A stretch of DNA of 64,000 nucleotides from an uncultured Spirochaetota bacterium (GTDB taxonomy: Bacteria; Spirochaetota; UBA4802; UBA5550): assembly GCA_963827275.1 (NCBI GenBank), contig CAWHAA010000004.1:480001-544000 (forward strand). The letters are read 5' to 3'. The notes under the pieces are model-generated. The model did not search any database, was not told the DNA's origin, and saw nothing but the letters and a program-made list of their open reading frames with translations. Positions within the stretch are counted from its first letter, which is position 1, and every line of letters begins with the position of its first letter. The position numbers and the translations under genes were made by a program. Positions 20,414 to 32,666 of the stretch are shown one piece after another.

Positions 20414-20986
20414 ATGCGCACCATGAGATCGGCCCGGATTTTCCTGCTCGCCCTGCCGGGGGCGGCCATTGCCACGGTGTGCGACGGGATCCATGTTCAT
20501 ACCCGGACGCTGTCATATCCCGATCCGCTCCTGTTTGGCCAGGCCTGGTGGGTTTTCCCCGGGTTTCTTCTGGTGTTCCTCTTCATGGGACATGCCTATC
20601 AGTTCATCGCCCGGCGTCTTCCTGACGGTATCCCCGTGCGGCAAAGCACTTCGAAAGGGAACCCGCGCGAAGTGGTTGAAGCCGCGGCGGCCTTTGCTTT
20701 TGTGTACCTGCTCAGCGGGTACGGTAATTTTGATCCGGTGCTGCTGTCGGTGGTTTTCTACTGTGCGTTCGCGGTGCGCTGGCTGTTCAGCTATGACCGT
20801 GGCTGGCTGTTCCTCCTCGCGGTCCTGATGGCATTCGGCGGGATGGCCGCGGAAGGCGCCATGTCGGCCGCAGGGCTGGTGACGTATCGCCATGTCGATC
20901 TGTTTTACGTGCCGTTCTGGCTGGGGGGCCTGTACCTGCACGGCGCGTTCGCGCTGCGTGAAGGGATGCGCTATTTTGCTTATTGA
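20414..20986 (+). CDS. integral membrane protein (DUF2878-like)
   Basis: AAGGAG RBS; about 6 hydrophobic helices with repeated Y..P...P.W pattern. Confidence 0.6.
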   Translation: MRTMRSARIFLLALPGAAIATVCDGIHVHTRTLSYPDPLLFGQAWWVFPGFLLVFLFMGHAYQFIARRLPDGIPVRQSTSKGNPREVVEAAAAFAFVYLLSGYGNFDPVLLSVVFYCAFAVRWLFSYDRGWLFLLAVLMAFGGMAAEGAMSAAGLVTYRHVDLFYVPFWLGGLYLHGAFALREGMRYFAY

Positions 20987-21029
20987 TATTTTCATTGAAA
21001 TTTCACGCCACTCATACGATAGGTAATCC

Positions 21030-22907
21030 ATGGGGCATTTTGAAAAAAACATCTCCATCATCAAATCCCGCTTTCCCGCGGTGCATGAACTGATTTCCGC
21101 CTGCGCCGATGACGCTTCCATCGAAGCGGTCGAGACAAAACAGGGGGATTTCGTGCCGGCAGTGACGAAAGAGGGGAAGCGAATATTCGTCCACAGCAGG
21201 TTTGACCCGGTGAAAGAAGCGGCGCGTTTCCTCGGCGAGGTCGATACCGCAGCCCATGACCTGTTCATCGTGTTCGGCTTCGGTTTCGGCTACCACGTGG
21301 AGGGGATACTCGCGGGGATGGGAGCGGGTTCTCTTCTCCTGGTGATCGAGAAAAGCCCCCTCATGCTGAAGCGCGCTGCGGAGAGCAGGGACCTTGCCCG
21401 GGTCTTCGGTGACGAGCGCCTTCTGCTCCTTGTCGCACCCGGCGAAGATGCCATGGCCGGGGTGCTGAAGGGAAAGTCATCCCGGCGCACCAGCCTTGTC
21501 CTGCACCGCGGCTCGTTCCAGGCGGAGCCCGACTACTACGGCAACATGCAGGAGATCGCGCGCTCCTACCTCTCCACCAAAGAGGTGAACATCGCCACCC
21601 TGGCAAAGTTCGAAAGGATATGGGCGGCGAACATAGCCCGGAACATCGGCGCGTTCATTGACGCGCCGGGGGCGAACAGCTTCTTCGGCAGGTTCGAGCA
21701 TATCCCGGCGATCGTCGTGGCCGCAGGGCCGTCACTCACGCATAGCCTTGGTTTTATCCGCGCGAACCGCGGCCGCGCGGTCATCGTCGCGGTTGACACC
21801 TCCTACCGCATCCTGATGAAACAGGGGATCGAGCCGCATTTTTGCGTCGTGGTGGACCCCCAGCTGATCAATGCCCGGTATTTCGAGGGAGCGGGTCAGA
21901 GCAGCACGGTACTGATCGCTGACCCGACCGTGCACCCCTCCGTCTTCCGCCTGTTCCGGGGCCGCGTGGCGATGACCGGCGTTGCGTTCGAACTCATGAA
22001 GTGGATCGAGCGGCAGTGCGGTGAAAAGGGAGAGATCACGCACGGCGGGTCCGTATCGACCAACGCCTATGATTTCGCCAAGCGTCTTGGCGCTTCGCCC
22101 GTGATCTTGGTGGGGCAGGACCTTGCCTTCACCGACGGCCTCGCGCACGCCAGGGGATCATACCTTGATGAGCAGGTGTTCCTGCGGACCGGGAGGCTCT
22201 ATACGCCGGAGATGCTGAACCGGTTCCAGCTCACTGCTCTGCCGAAAATTATGGTAAAGGGGATCCGGCAGCCGGCCGTGCATACCAACCAGAAGATGAT
22301 GATATTCCACTCCTGGTTCCAGAAGCGCCAGGACCGGGAGCTGGTTAACGCGACCCATGACGGCGCGTATATCGCGGGGATCACGCATGTCCCTGCGGGC
22401 GAGATCACCCTCCCGGCGCACGATACCGGCATCGACCGCCTTGTCGATGACATCTTCCGGGATGCGGCAGGCCATACCGCGCAGGACGCGCGGGAGCGCC
22501 TGAAGAGCAGGGTTGGCCTCATCCTGGGGGAAATCGATGCGCTTCTTCCGGTCCTGGGCAGGGCGGTGGGACTGGCCGGGGACCTCCAGACACTCATGCG
22601 GACCAGGGGCAGGGGGACGGGGGATGCCGGGGGTCAGAGCAAGCTTGACTATGTGCTGAAAAAACTCGCCGAAACCGACCGCATCGTGGAATCCCGGAAA
22701 AACGCGAAAGACATGATCAGCTTCACCATGCAGCGGGTGGTGCATACCATAACCGAGGGACACGCGATTGACGAGGACGACGGCGCCTGCAGCGAGGATG
22801 AGCTTGTCGCAAAGCGGTCCCGCTACCTGTACCAGGGCCTGCTTGACGGCGCCCGGTTCAACGCAAAGATCCTCAAAAAGATGGCGCGCCTTCTCAATGG
22901 ACGCTGA
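21030..22907 (+). CDS. motility-associated factor (Maf) flagellin glycosyltransferase family, DUF115/MptE-like domain
   Basis: HSRFDP, FGFGFGYH, VVAAGPSL, IVAVDT, GGSVS, ILVGQDLAF, NATHDGA. Confidence 0.88.
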   Translation: MGHFEKNISIIKSRFPAVHELISACADDASIEAVETKQGDFVPAVTKEGKRIFVHSRFDPVKEAARFLGEVDTAAHDLFIVFGFGFGYHVEGILAGMGAGSLLLVIEKSPLMLKRAAESRDLARVFGDERLLLLVAPGEDAMAGVLKGKSSRRTSLVLHRGSFQAEPDYYGNMQEIARSYLSTKEVNIATLAKFERIWAANIARNIGAFIDAPGANSFFGRFEHIPAIVVAAGPSLTHSLGFIRANRGRAVIVAVDTSYRILMKQGIEPHFCVVVDPQLINARYFEGAGQSSTVLIADPTVHPSVFRLFRGRVAMTGVAFELMKWIERQCGEKGEITHGGSVSTNAYDFAKRLGASPVILVGQDLAFTDGLAHARGSYLDEQVFLRTGRLYTPEMLNRFQLTALPKIMVKGIRQPAVHTNQKMMIFHSWFQKRQDRELVNATHDGAYIAGITHVPAGEITLPAHDTGIDRLVDDIFRDAAGHTAQDARERLKSRVGLILGEIDALLPVLGRAVGLAGDLQTLMRTRGRGTGDAGGQSKLDYVLKKLAETDRIVESRKNAKDMISFTMQRVVHTITEGHAIDEDDGACSEDELVAKRSRYLYQGLLDGARFNAKILKKMARLLNGR

Positions 22908-23059
22908 TTCATTTTTTTTCTTGCTTTTTCAAATGAAAATATTTTTATACATGTATCAATACACCATGTGACTTGAACAAAAACGCACAAAAAGCAGTTT
23001 TTTTTGTCACATGGGCGTCATGCGTGACGCTAATCCAGTAGAACGGGTTGCCCGATACC

Positions 23060-23578
23060 ATGTTTGCGAAAAACAGGGACTTTGCCGAGACATACAGCGA
23101 CCTGTACCCGGTTGTCTTCAGTGCGGTATACCGCAAGGTGAGGAGCCGCGAAGACGCGGAAGACATCAGCCAGGAGCTTTTCATCAAGCTGTATGATAAG
23201 CTTGGCGAGGTCGAAAACAGGAGGAAATGGCTCTACGGCGCCCTGAAGCTGGAGGTGATGGCCTATTACCGGAAAAAGAAGCCGGGTGCCGTCGATATTG
23301 ACGAGGTCTTTGACGATGTTGCCCTCACGTTCGTTAACGGCTTCCGCGACACGCGGATCATGATCAGCGATGCCCTCGAAGACCTGGATAATTTCAGCGA
23401 CAGGACGGACCAGGCCCTCTTTGACCTTGTTGCGGTGCGCAGTTTTTCTTACGAGGAGGCGGGGGCGCAGCTCGGCCTGTCAAAGCGGCAAGTACGGTAC
23501 CGGTATGGCCTGATCGTAGACCGGCTGGTTGATTATTTTAAGAAGAAGGGGATCAATAGCCTGGAGGAACTCTTATGA
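23060..23578 (+). CDS. ECF sigma-70 factor
   Basis: Region 2 DAEDISQELFIK..KWLY; region 4 SYEEAGAQLGLS. Confidence 0.85.
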   Translation: MFAKNRDFAETYSDLYPVVFSAVYRKVRSREDAEDISQELFIKLYDKLGEVENRRKWLYGALKLEVMAYYRKKKPGAVDIDEVFDDVALTFVNGFRDTRIMISDALEDLDNFSDRTDQALFDLVAVRSFSYEEAGAQLGLSKRQVRYRYGLIVDRLVDYFKKKGINSLEELL

Positions 23579-24318
23579 ATGAAAGCCCGAACATTTTGCT
23601 GTTCGGCGAGGTCCTGCACAAGTACCGTTTTACGGAACCTGCGCCGGCGGACATACAGCACTTCATCAGGGAGAACAAGCGGAAGCAGTTTCAAAAGATC
23701 ATGAAACGCACAGCCGGCTATTCTGTCCTGTTCGCGCTTATATCGCACATGTTTTTTACAATCAGGAAATACGGCATTGCGATTACGATCGTCAAGAGCG
23801 CGATACTTCTCGGGGTCCTCTCGCTCATCACGGCCGCCGCGGTTACGACAGGCGTCTACCTCTTTGTCGTGCGCGGCGCGCAGGACGCGGTCATGGCGCC
23901 CGCGATGGAATTTATCAGGGGCGCCGTCCGGGAAGGCAATGCCGGGGACCATGACGACTACCTGAAGGAGCCCCCGGCGGTCATCGAAGACCGGCTGGGC
24001 ATACAGCCCTTTGCCGGCGTACATATGCCCGATGCGCGGGCAGCGCGCCTGTCCGACCGGATGGCGAAGACGCTCTCCTCCCTGCGCGGCAACGACCGCG
24101 TGGTGAACCTGCGGCTCGGCCGCGGCGGCAGGAAATCAGGCATGATGCTTTTCGGGAGCGTTGAATCGTCCGCCGGGACCTGGATTGTGTCCGCACGCGT
24201 TGCGAGCGTGAAGGATTCCAGGATACTGTTTTATGACACCGAGACGGCAGGCTCGGAGCCGGATCTGGAGGGTGCCTGCGACCGGCTGGCGCGCAGGATA
24301 TATGATGCCATCAGGTAG
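23575..24318 (+). CDS. membrane protein, candidate anti-sigma factor, with periplasmic CsgG/FlgO-like domain
   Basis: Overlaps the sigma stop (ATGA); TM helices; C-terminal LGIQPF...MLFGSV...VSARV. Confidence 0.55.
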   Translation: MNESPNILLFGEVLHKYRFTEPAPADIQHFIRENKRKQFQKIMKRTAGYSVLFALISHMFFTIRKYGIAITIVKSAILLGVLSLITAAAVTTGVYLFVVRGAQDAVMAPAMEFIRGAVREGNAGDHDDYLKEPPAVIEDRLGIQPFAGVHMPDARAARLSDRMAKTLSSLRGNDRVVNLRLGRGGRKSGMMLFGSVESSAGTWIVSARVASVKDSRILFYDTETAGSEPDLEGACDRLARRIYDAIR

Positions 24319-25309
24319 AATCGCCGCATGCCTGGCGCTGGCCTTCCTGGCCGCGGGCCCCGCCGCAGCGCCTTCCGGCGCCGGGGAATCCGGCGCTGCC
24401 AGGCCCAGGATTGCCGTCGTCAGTTTCGCGGAGAATAACACGGACGCCGGCACGGGACGTGCGGTCAGGAACAGCGTCGAGATGAATTTTTTCAAAGACG
24501 GCTCATTCGTGATCCTGGAACAGAGCCAGATGGAAAGCATTATCCGGGAGCGCAAGCTCCAGACATCGGAATGCAGGGACGCACAATGCGCCGCGCGGCT
24601 GGGGCTGCTGATGAAGGCCGATTACGTCATCATCGGGAGCGTTGATAAACTCAATACCTATACCGTGACCATGAAGGTGGTGAACGTAAGGGAGGGGAGC
24701 ATTGTCATCTCCGAATCGGGCGAAGCGCGGGAAATTGCGGACCTGCGTCCGGCATCCGAAGAGCTGACCCGCAGGGTCGCGGAGAGGATCAAGGGGATCG
24801 GCGGCAAACGGCGCAGGTTCGAGTATCCCGTGTACATTACCGCCAACTTCCAGTACGCGTTTCCCGTCGGCTACCTGCGGCGGCTCGCCGCTGCCGGGTA
24901 TGGGGCTTCGGTGAGCGCCCGCCTCGAGGACATCTTCGTTAAAAACGTGCTCGCCGGCGTCGAGGTCCAGTTTCTTTATTTTACCGGCAGAAAAACCATG
25001 CACCATGCCATGATGGTCCCGGTGACGGCTCAGTTCGGGTATGCCCTGGACGTGTGGCGGTTCTCTTTCGTTCCCCTGGTCTCGCTGGGGACCGTGTACT
25101 CAATGAACTATTATTACGCGGACATGCTGCGGCTCAGGAAGACCCAGCGGAGGGGCTTCCAGTTTATGCTTAAGGCCGGGATGACCGTTGATTGCATGGT
25201 GTATAAGAATTTCCACGTAAGGATCGGTGCGGAGTACGGGAGTTTGTTTGAGAAGGGCGGTGACGCCCCCTTTATCTCATGCGGCGCCGGCGTGGGGGTA
25301 CAATTTTAA
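24302..25309 (+). CDS. exported CsgG/HfaB-like protein with C-terminal outer-membrane beta-barrel
   Basis: Signal peptide, RIAVVSF, C...CAARLG..ADYVIIGSV, alternating beta strands, terminal Phe (GVQF). Confidence 0.7.
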   Translation: MMPSGRIAACLALAFLAAGPAAAPSGAGESGAARPRIAVVSFAENNTDAGTGRAVRNSVEMNFFKDGSFVILEQSQMESIIRERKLQTSECRDAQCAARLGLLMKADYVIIGSVDKLNTYTVTMKVVNVREGSIVISESGEAREIADLRPASEELTRRVAERIKGIGGKRRRFEYPVYITANFQYAFPVGYLRRLAAAGYGASVSARLEDIFVKNVLAGVEVQFLYFTGRKTMHHAMMVPVTAQFGYALDVWRFSFVPLVSLGTVYSMNYYYADMLRLRKTQRRGFQFMLKAGMTVDCMVYKNFHVRIGAEYGSLFEKGGDAPFISCGAGVGVQF

Positions 25310-25344
25310 TGATGCCTGGTTCGCATGAAGAGCCCCGCGGCAGA

Positions 25345-25980
25345 TTATGCGCCTGACGGGAAGAAGTCCCATGCCCTGAAGATAAGCTTCAGGGCGGCGA
25401 TCGGCTCGAGCTTCGCTCTGGTGATGGTTGAGTCCGGCGAGCGGGTCAGATCAATGCCGAAACCCGACCTGAATCCGAATTCCACGCTTATCGTCATATT
25501 CTCTATGGTGTGTATGTTGGCTCCCACGACCGCGCCGAATTTGGTGTATAGTATCGGATCGTATATCCTGTTATTTTTGTTGATAAACTCATATGCGAGC
25601 GAAATCTGCGGTCCGGCCCAGAGCCTCAGGAAATGTGAGCGCATGAAACCAAAACCGAAAGTATTGGAAAATACAATAGTATTGGTGTCCCGGGAGCTAT
25701 TCTCGTACAGGGTATTCAATCGTCTTGTAGTGGTATAGCATTCGAGATTTGCGCGATAATTGAAGAGCTGGTCCTTCGCCACCGCGGTATCAAACACGAG
25801 ATCGATCCCCTGCATCTTCCCAATGAGTCTGTCCATGAGCGTGGGATGGGACGGCTGGAGCGGCCGGGCAGGCAAGGCCGCGACGGTCCTGTTCAGGCCC
25901 AGTCCGGCCGACGAGAGGGGCTGTCCCCCCAGGACCAGCAGCGCCAGCGCAAGAGTGCCATATGCCAATATCCTTTTCAT
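25345..25980 (-). CDS. exported hypothetical protein, probable outer-membrane beta-barrel
   Basis: Signal peptide MKRILAYGTLALALL; amphipathic beta strands. Confidence 0.6.
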   Translation of the reverse strand: MKRILAYGTLALALLVLGGQPLSSAGLGLNRTVAALPARPLQPSHPTLMDRLIGKMQGIDLVFDTAVAKDQLFNYRANLECYTTTRRLNTLYENSSRDTNTIVFSNTFGFGFMRSHFLRLWAGPQISLAYEFINKNNRIYDPILYTKFGAVVGANIHTIENMTISVEFGFRSGFGIDLTRSPDSTITRAKLEPIAALKLIFRAWDFFPSGA

Positions 25981-26283
25981 AACCGCCCTGTTCAAGATCA
26001 CGCCACAAAAATAATAGTGCATTTCCCATCGTCAAGTATTTTAGTGATTTTTGATAAAACGATTCCCGTGATTTCAGCCTGACCGGGTTGCTTTTCCGGT
26101 AGCGGAAGGGCTCGTAACAGTTGCTGCTGGACCCCTCATGAAATTTTTTTACAAAAATTTTGTCACTCCCGGCATGGTCCCGACGCGTCTCTATCAGGAA
26201 GCGATGCTTCATGCGGGCCGCGCCGGTGTTTTGCACTGACACGGTTCCGGGTATAATCTAAATCATTTTTCGGAGGAAATTTT

Positions 26284-28536
26284 ATGAAACGGATTTTTTG
26301 TATTATTCTGTCCGTTCTCTTTCTGGCGGGCATGATGGGATGTAACGGCGACGGCGGGAGCATGCTGCCGTTGCTGGGATTGGGGGGGGCAGGAGAGTCG
26401 CCCGAACCAGATGCGTTGAAATACATGGAGTACATGTATGACAATCAAAACGGGAAACGGCTCAATGACCAGGCCGTGAGCGGCATGCCGGACTCGGATG
26501 AGTTCAAGGCTGAGCTGGGCGAATACATGAGCGCCCCCTTTATTGAAGAGCTTGGCAACAGCGGAGAAAATGCCGAGTCCGCCAACTGGTGGGAACGGCT
26601 CGATGTCAACGCCGATGAGGTCACTAATTACCTTGGTACAGCGGCAGGCCGGCAGGCGCTGCAAAATTACATGTCGCCTGATGGCGATATGAAAGCGAAC
26701 ATCATGCCCGGGGTTTCCATGGAAGGTCCCATGAAAAGCAGTGATGTCATGCTTGAGTGGGACACGTACAAATCGACCATCAGGCTTCTTAATGATATGC
26801 ACGGGATATTGACGATGAACAATATCATCGGTGTGGGTTTGTGGGTATTCAGCCAGATAAATGCCATAAATCAGAAACTTGATACAATACAGGCGACCAT
26901 TGAGCTTGGTTTTGAGCAGACCCTCTATAAGCTGGACACGATAGAGGCGTGGCTGAAGGAGCAGGACCTCGTTGAAGCCAAAAACACCGTCAATGCCAAG
27001 ATAAAATCATTCGCGAATCTCGAGGGTTATGATGATTCCTACAGGCGTTCAGTGGTCAAGGAATACTTTGCCACCGAGCATCAGGTCCTGTTTGAGCAGG
27101 CATATAAATCGGCCAAGGAGATAACCGCCCACCTGAATGCGAGGGAATTCAGCGTTGATTATACAACGGTCCCGGGCAGCATGCTCTATTCTCACATGGT
27201 GTTCATGCGGCAGATGAGCGAACTCCGGCTCGCCTTCGCACCGGTGTTTTATTCGCGCCGCGATCTTCTCAGCTTCAGGGCCAACTGGGCCGAGTCGGAC
27301 CTGGTGTGGCTGAAGGAGATAAAAGACGCCTTCCTGAGCGATCCTGATTGCACTGCGGACGCGACGTATTATTCCCAGGTGTGCATCCTGCTCGCTTCGT
27401 GGGAGATCGAGCTCAGGGCCCATATCGGGCTTATGGGCGGAAACGATATACGCGGCATCGACCTCGAAAACGCGAGCAACATCAGGAATGACGAGGCATT
27501 CGGGACCTTCGGTGATCTGGACGACATCGCGGACAGCGGTTCCTGCGGCGAGGCCCTTACCGGCAATGCAGGCGATTTCCTCTCGAAAATGTTTGCTCCG
27601 GGCGTATCACTTGAAGGCGTGTTCGATACCGGCAGGTCGGGGGAGCTGGCGGACGGCGCGTATCTCCGTATCGTGCACAGCGGCAGGAACCTCCTTTCTG
27701 ATCTCAGGCTGGTGCCGGTCGTGAAGTCGCTGCTCAGGCCGATCGACCAGGTCGCACCGGCAAAGGGCCAGTTTTTCATCGATCCGGCGCTGGGGCGGTT
27801 TGTGCTTCCCCGGCCCGATTACTGGTGCAAGATGGAAACGGCGGCGAGCATGACCGAACCTGAGCTTCGCGGGGATGTGAAGCCGGAGGTGACCCTGACA
27901 AGCGGCGCACTGGCGGCAGTGGCGGGAAAGTTCGGCAACTGCATTGAGCTTAATGGCAACGCCGCAAGCATATGGGACCTCTATGCCTTCGGCAGGTCCG
28001 GGGTTGCTCCCGAGGGCACGCTTTCCGCCTGGTGGAATCCCGACGGCTCGCTTGATTACTATTTCAGAGTTTTTATCGGCGGGGCCAACAGTTACGTGGA
28101 TATTAAAAATAATTATGCAAGGATCGTCATCGACGGATCTGAGCGGACAATAAAAACGGGCCTCGACCTGGACCGGAAGTGGAACCACATTTACGTGGTC
28201 TGGGACATCGCCCAATCGCTGTCAAACAACATCAAGACTGTCCGTGTGTTCATAAATGGTGTCGAACAGGCGTCGTGCTCTGATGTATTTACCCGCGGCG
28301 TGTTTTCTTGCAGGGCCGAGTCGCACATGGGGATTTTTGGCAGCAATAACAAGGTGGACAATATAAAGATATGGAAACATGTTGTTTCAGAGGACCCGAA
28401 CTGGGAATATAGAAACGGGATCGGCCGTGAGAAGGCGCTTCATGTTATCTACGGCCCCGATGCCAATGCCGAATATGATTACCGCCCGAAGCTGACAGGG
28501 TCAGGAAATGGGGTCGGGTATTATTATATTCCGTAG
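26284..28536 (+). CDS. large lipoprotein with helical/coiled-coil region and C-terminal LamG-like domain
   Basis: GGAGG RBS, lipobox LAGMMG-C, WNHIYVVWD...VFINGV...VDNIKIW. Confidence 0.75.
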   Translation: MKRIFCIILSVLFLAGMMGCNGDGGSMLPLLGLGGAGESPEPDALKYMEYMYDNQNGKRLNDQAVSGMPDSDEFKAELGEYMSAPFIEELGNSGENAESANWWERLDVNADEVTNYLGTAAGRQALQNYMSPDGDMKANIMPGVSMEGPMKSSDVMLEWDTYKSTIRLLNDMHGILTMNNIIGVGLWVFSQINAINQKLDTIQATIELGFEQTLYKLDTIEAWLKEQDLVEAKNTVNAKIKSFANLEGYDDSYRRSVVKEYFATEHQVLFEQAYKSAKEITAHLNAREFSVDYTTVPGSMLYSHMVFMRQMSELRLAFAPVFYSRRDLLSFRANWAESDLVWLKEIKDAFLSDPDCTADATYYSQVCILLASWEIELRAHIGLMGGNDIRGIDLENASNIRNDEAFGTFGDLDDIADSGSCGEALTGNAGDFLSKMFAPGVSLEGVFDTGRSGELADGAYLRIVHSGRNLLSDLRLVPVVKSLLRPIDQVAPAKGQFFIDPALGRFVLPRPDYWCKMETAASMTEPELRGDVKPEVTLTSGALAAVAGKFGNCIELNGNAASIWDLYAFGRSGVAPEGTLSAWWNPDGSLDYYFRVFIGGANSYVDIKNNYARIVIDGSERTIKTGLDLDRKWNHIYVVWDIAQSLSNNIKTVRVFINGVEQASCSDVFTRGVFSCRAESHMGIFGSNNKVDNIKIWKHVVSEDPNWEYRNGIGREKALHVIYGPDANAEYDYRPKLTGSGNGVGYYYIP

Positions 28537-28565
28537 CACTGATTGAAATCGATGGTTTTTTACAT

Positions 28566-28600
28566 GATGGGTGGGGTGAATTGCCCCATCCATCTTTATT
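28566..28600 (+). terminator. intrinsic terminator after the lipoprotein gene
   Basis: GATGGGTGGGGTG-AAT-TGCCCCATCCATC followed by TTTATT. Confidence 0.65.
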
Positions 28601-28613
28601 ATATGCAGTCACG

Positions 28614-31334
<2,721 letters not shown>

Positions 31335-31601
31335 GGATAGTATCCCTGTACAAAATATCTATCTTGTAATAAAAACGCGCTGTCCTTTTGTCAATAGTTA
31401 ATTTGACCGCGGCGCACCGATCACGCCAGGATTACTTTCACACTGGCGGTTTTTTCAAAACGTACTGTCCACTTTGCGGCCATATGTCAGTTGCACCAAC
31501 TATGTATAATCAGCAGGGCTGTTATTTATTCTTGACTTTTTCATGCAAGGGGGTATCTGTACATGCACGCCATACTTTACCATCTGCAAGGGGAGGAATT
31601 T

Positions 31602-32525
31602 ATGAAACGATTTTCATATGCAGCACTTATACCGTTGATCGTCATCAGCCTCTATTGTAAGAAAGAAACAAAGGTACAGCGGGAAGGCGTTGTGAACCTC
31701 CTGACAGGCGCTGTCACTGTCATCGACGGCGAAAAAAAGAGCACCGCCAGGGTCGGTGATGTTGTCAGGCAGGGGATGATAATCGAAACCGCGGACAACT
31801 CGTTCGCTGACATCTATTTTGATGATAGTGCGGTCAAGATCCTGGAAAACAGCGTGGTGGAAATCAGCGAGCTTGAATTAAACATACGTGAAGAATCAGA
31901 GAAGACGAGGTTCCATGTTACAAAAGGCAAGGTTTTCGCCAAGGTGGCGCGAAAGCTTTCCAAGAAGGACCGGTTTGTGGTAACCACACCGACCGCCACC
32001 GCCGGGGTCCGGGGCACGGAATTTCTTGTGGCGGAGGAGTTGAACAAAGGTCTGGTCGCCACTCTCAATGGAACGGTCGCGGTTACGAACGAAGTCTCCG
32101 CTGACAAGCAGGTTATAGACGTGACCGGTGGGAAAGAGGTAGTCATCGAGATGGATAAATTGATGACTCTGCAGGACCTGTCCGCGGAGAACAGGAGGCT
32201 CCTCGAGGGTATAACACGGAATTTCCAGGACGCGAAGAAAGAGATCCGGGAACGGTTTGAAAAAAAGCGGGAAGAGATCCGCAAGGCGGTGGAGGACCAG
32301 CGCCAGAAGAACCTCGATTCGATTGAAAAACAAAAATCCATTGACCTGCAGAATGTGGAGGAACAGAAGGCGCTTGATAAGGCCAATGTCGAAAAATTGA
32401 AGATCAATGCCGAGAAAACCGCCGACCAAGCAAAGGAAAGTGTCTCCAGACAGCAGGAAGAAGCAGAGCAGAAACTTGAAAGCGTGAAGCCGGATATAAA
32501 GAAGTTCAAAGGGACTCTGGAATAG
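31602..32525 (+). CDS. FecR-domain lipoprotein (LipL45-like) with C-terminal coiled coil
   Basis: GGAGG RBS, lipobox ISLY-C, VTTPTATAGVRGTEF FecR signature. Confidence 0.85.
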   Translation: MKRFSYAALIPLIVISLYCKKETKVQREGVVNLLTGAVTVIDGEKKSTARVGDVVRQGMIIETADNSFADIYFDDSAVKILENSVVEISELELNIREESEKTRFHVTKGKVFAKVARKLSKKDRFVVTTPTATAGVRGTEFLVAEELNKGLVATLNGTVAVTNEVSADKQVIDVTGGKEVVIEMDKLMTLQDLSAENRRLLEGITRNFQDAKKEIRERFEKKREEIRKAVEDQRQKNLDSIEKQKSIDLQNVEEQKALDKANVEKLKINAEKTADQAKESVSRQQEEAEQKLESVKPDIKKFKGTLE

Positions 32526-32584
32526 GTTCTCTTTTCATCAGGCGCGGCTGAATGGCCGCATTGTTAATGCGATTTGTACGGTTT

Positions 32585-32636
32585 TTACTCTGACCCCTCC
32601 CGGGGATATTGAAAAGTAGAATTTTACTCTGACCCC
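32585..32636 (+). repeat. two tandem motif A copies at the left edge of the AT-rich island
   Basis: TTACTCTGACCCC at 32585 and 32624. Confidence 0.9.
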
Positions 32637-32666
32637 CTTTGCGGGAATATTTAACAGGCAAAGTGT

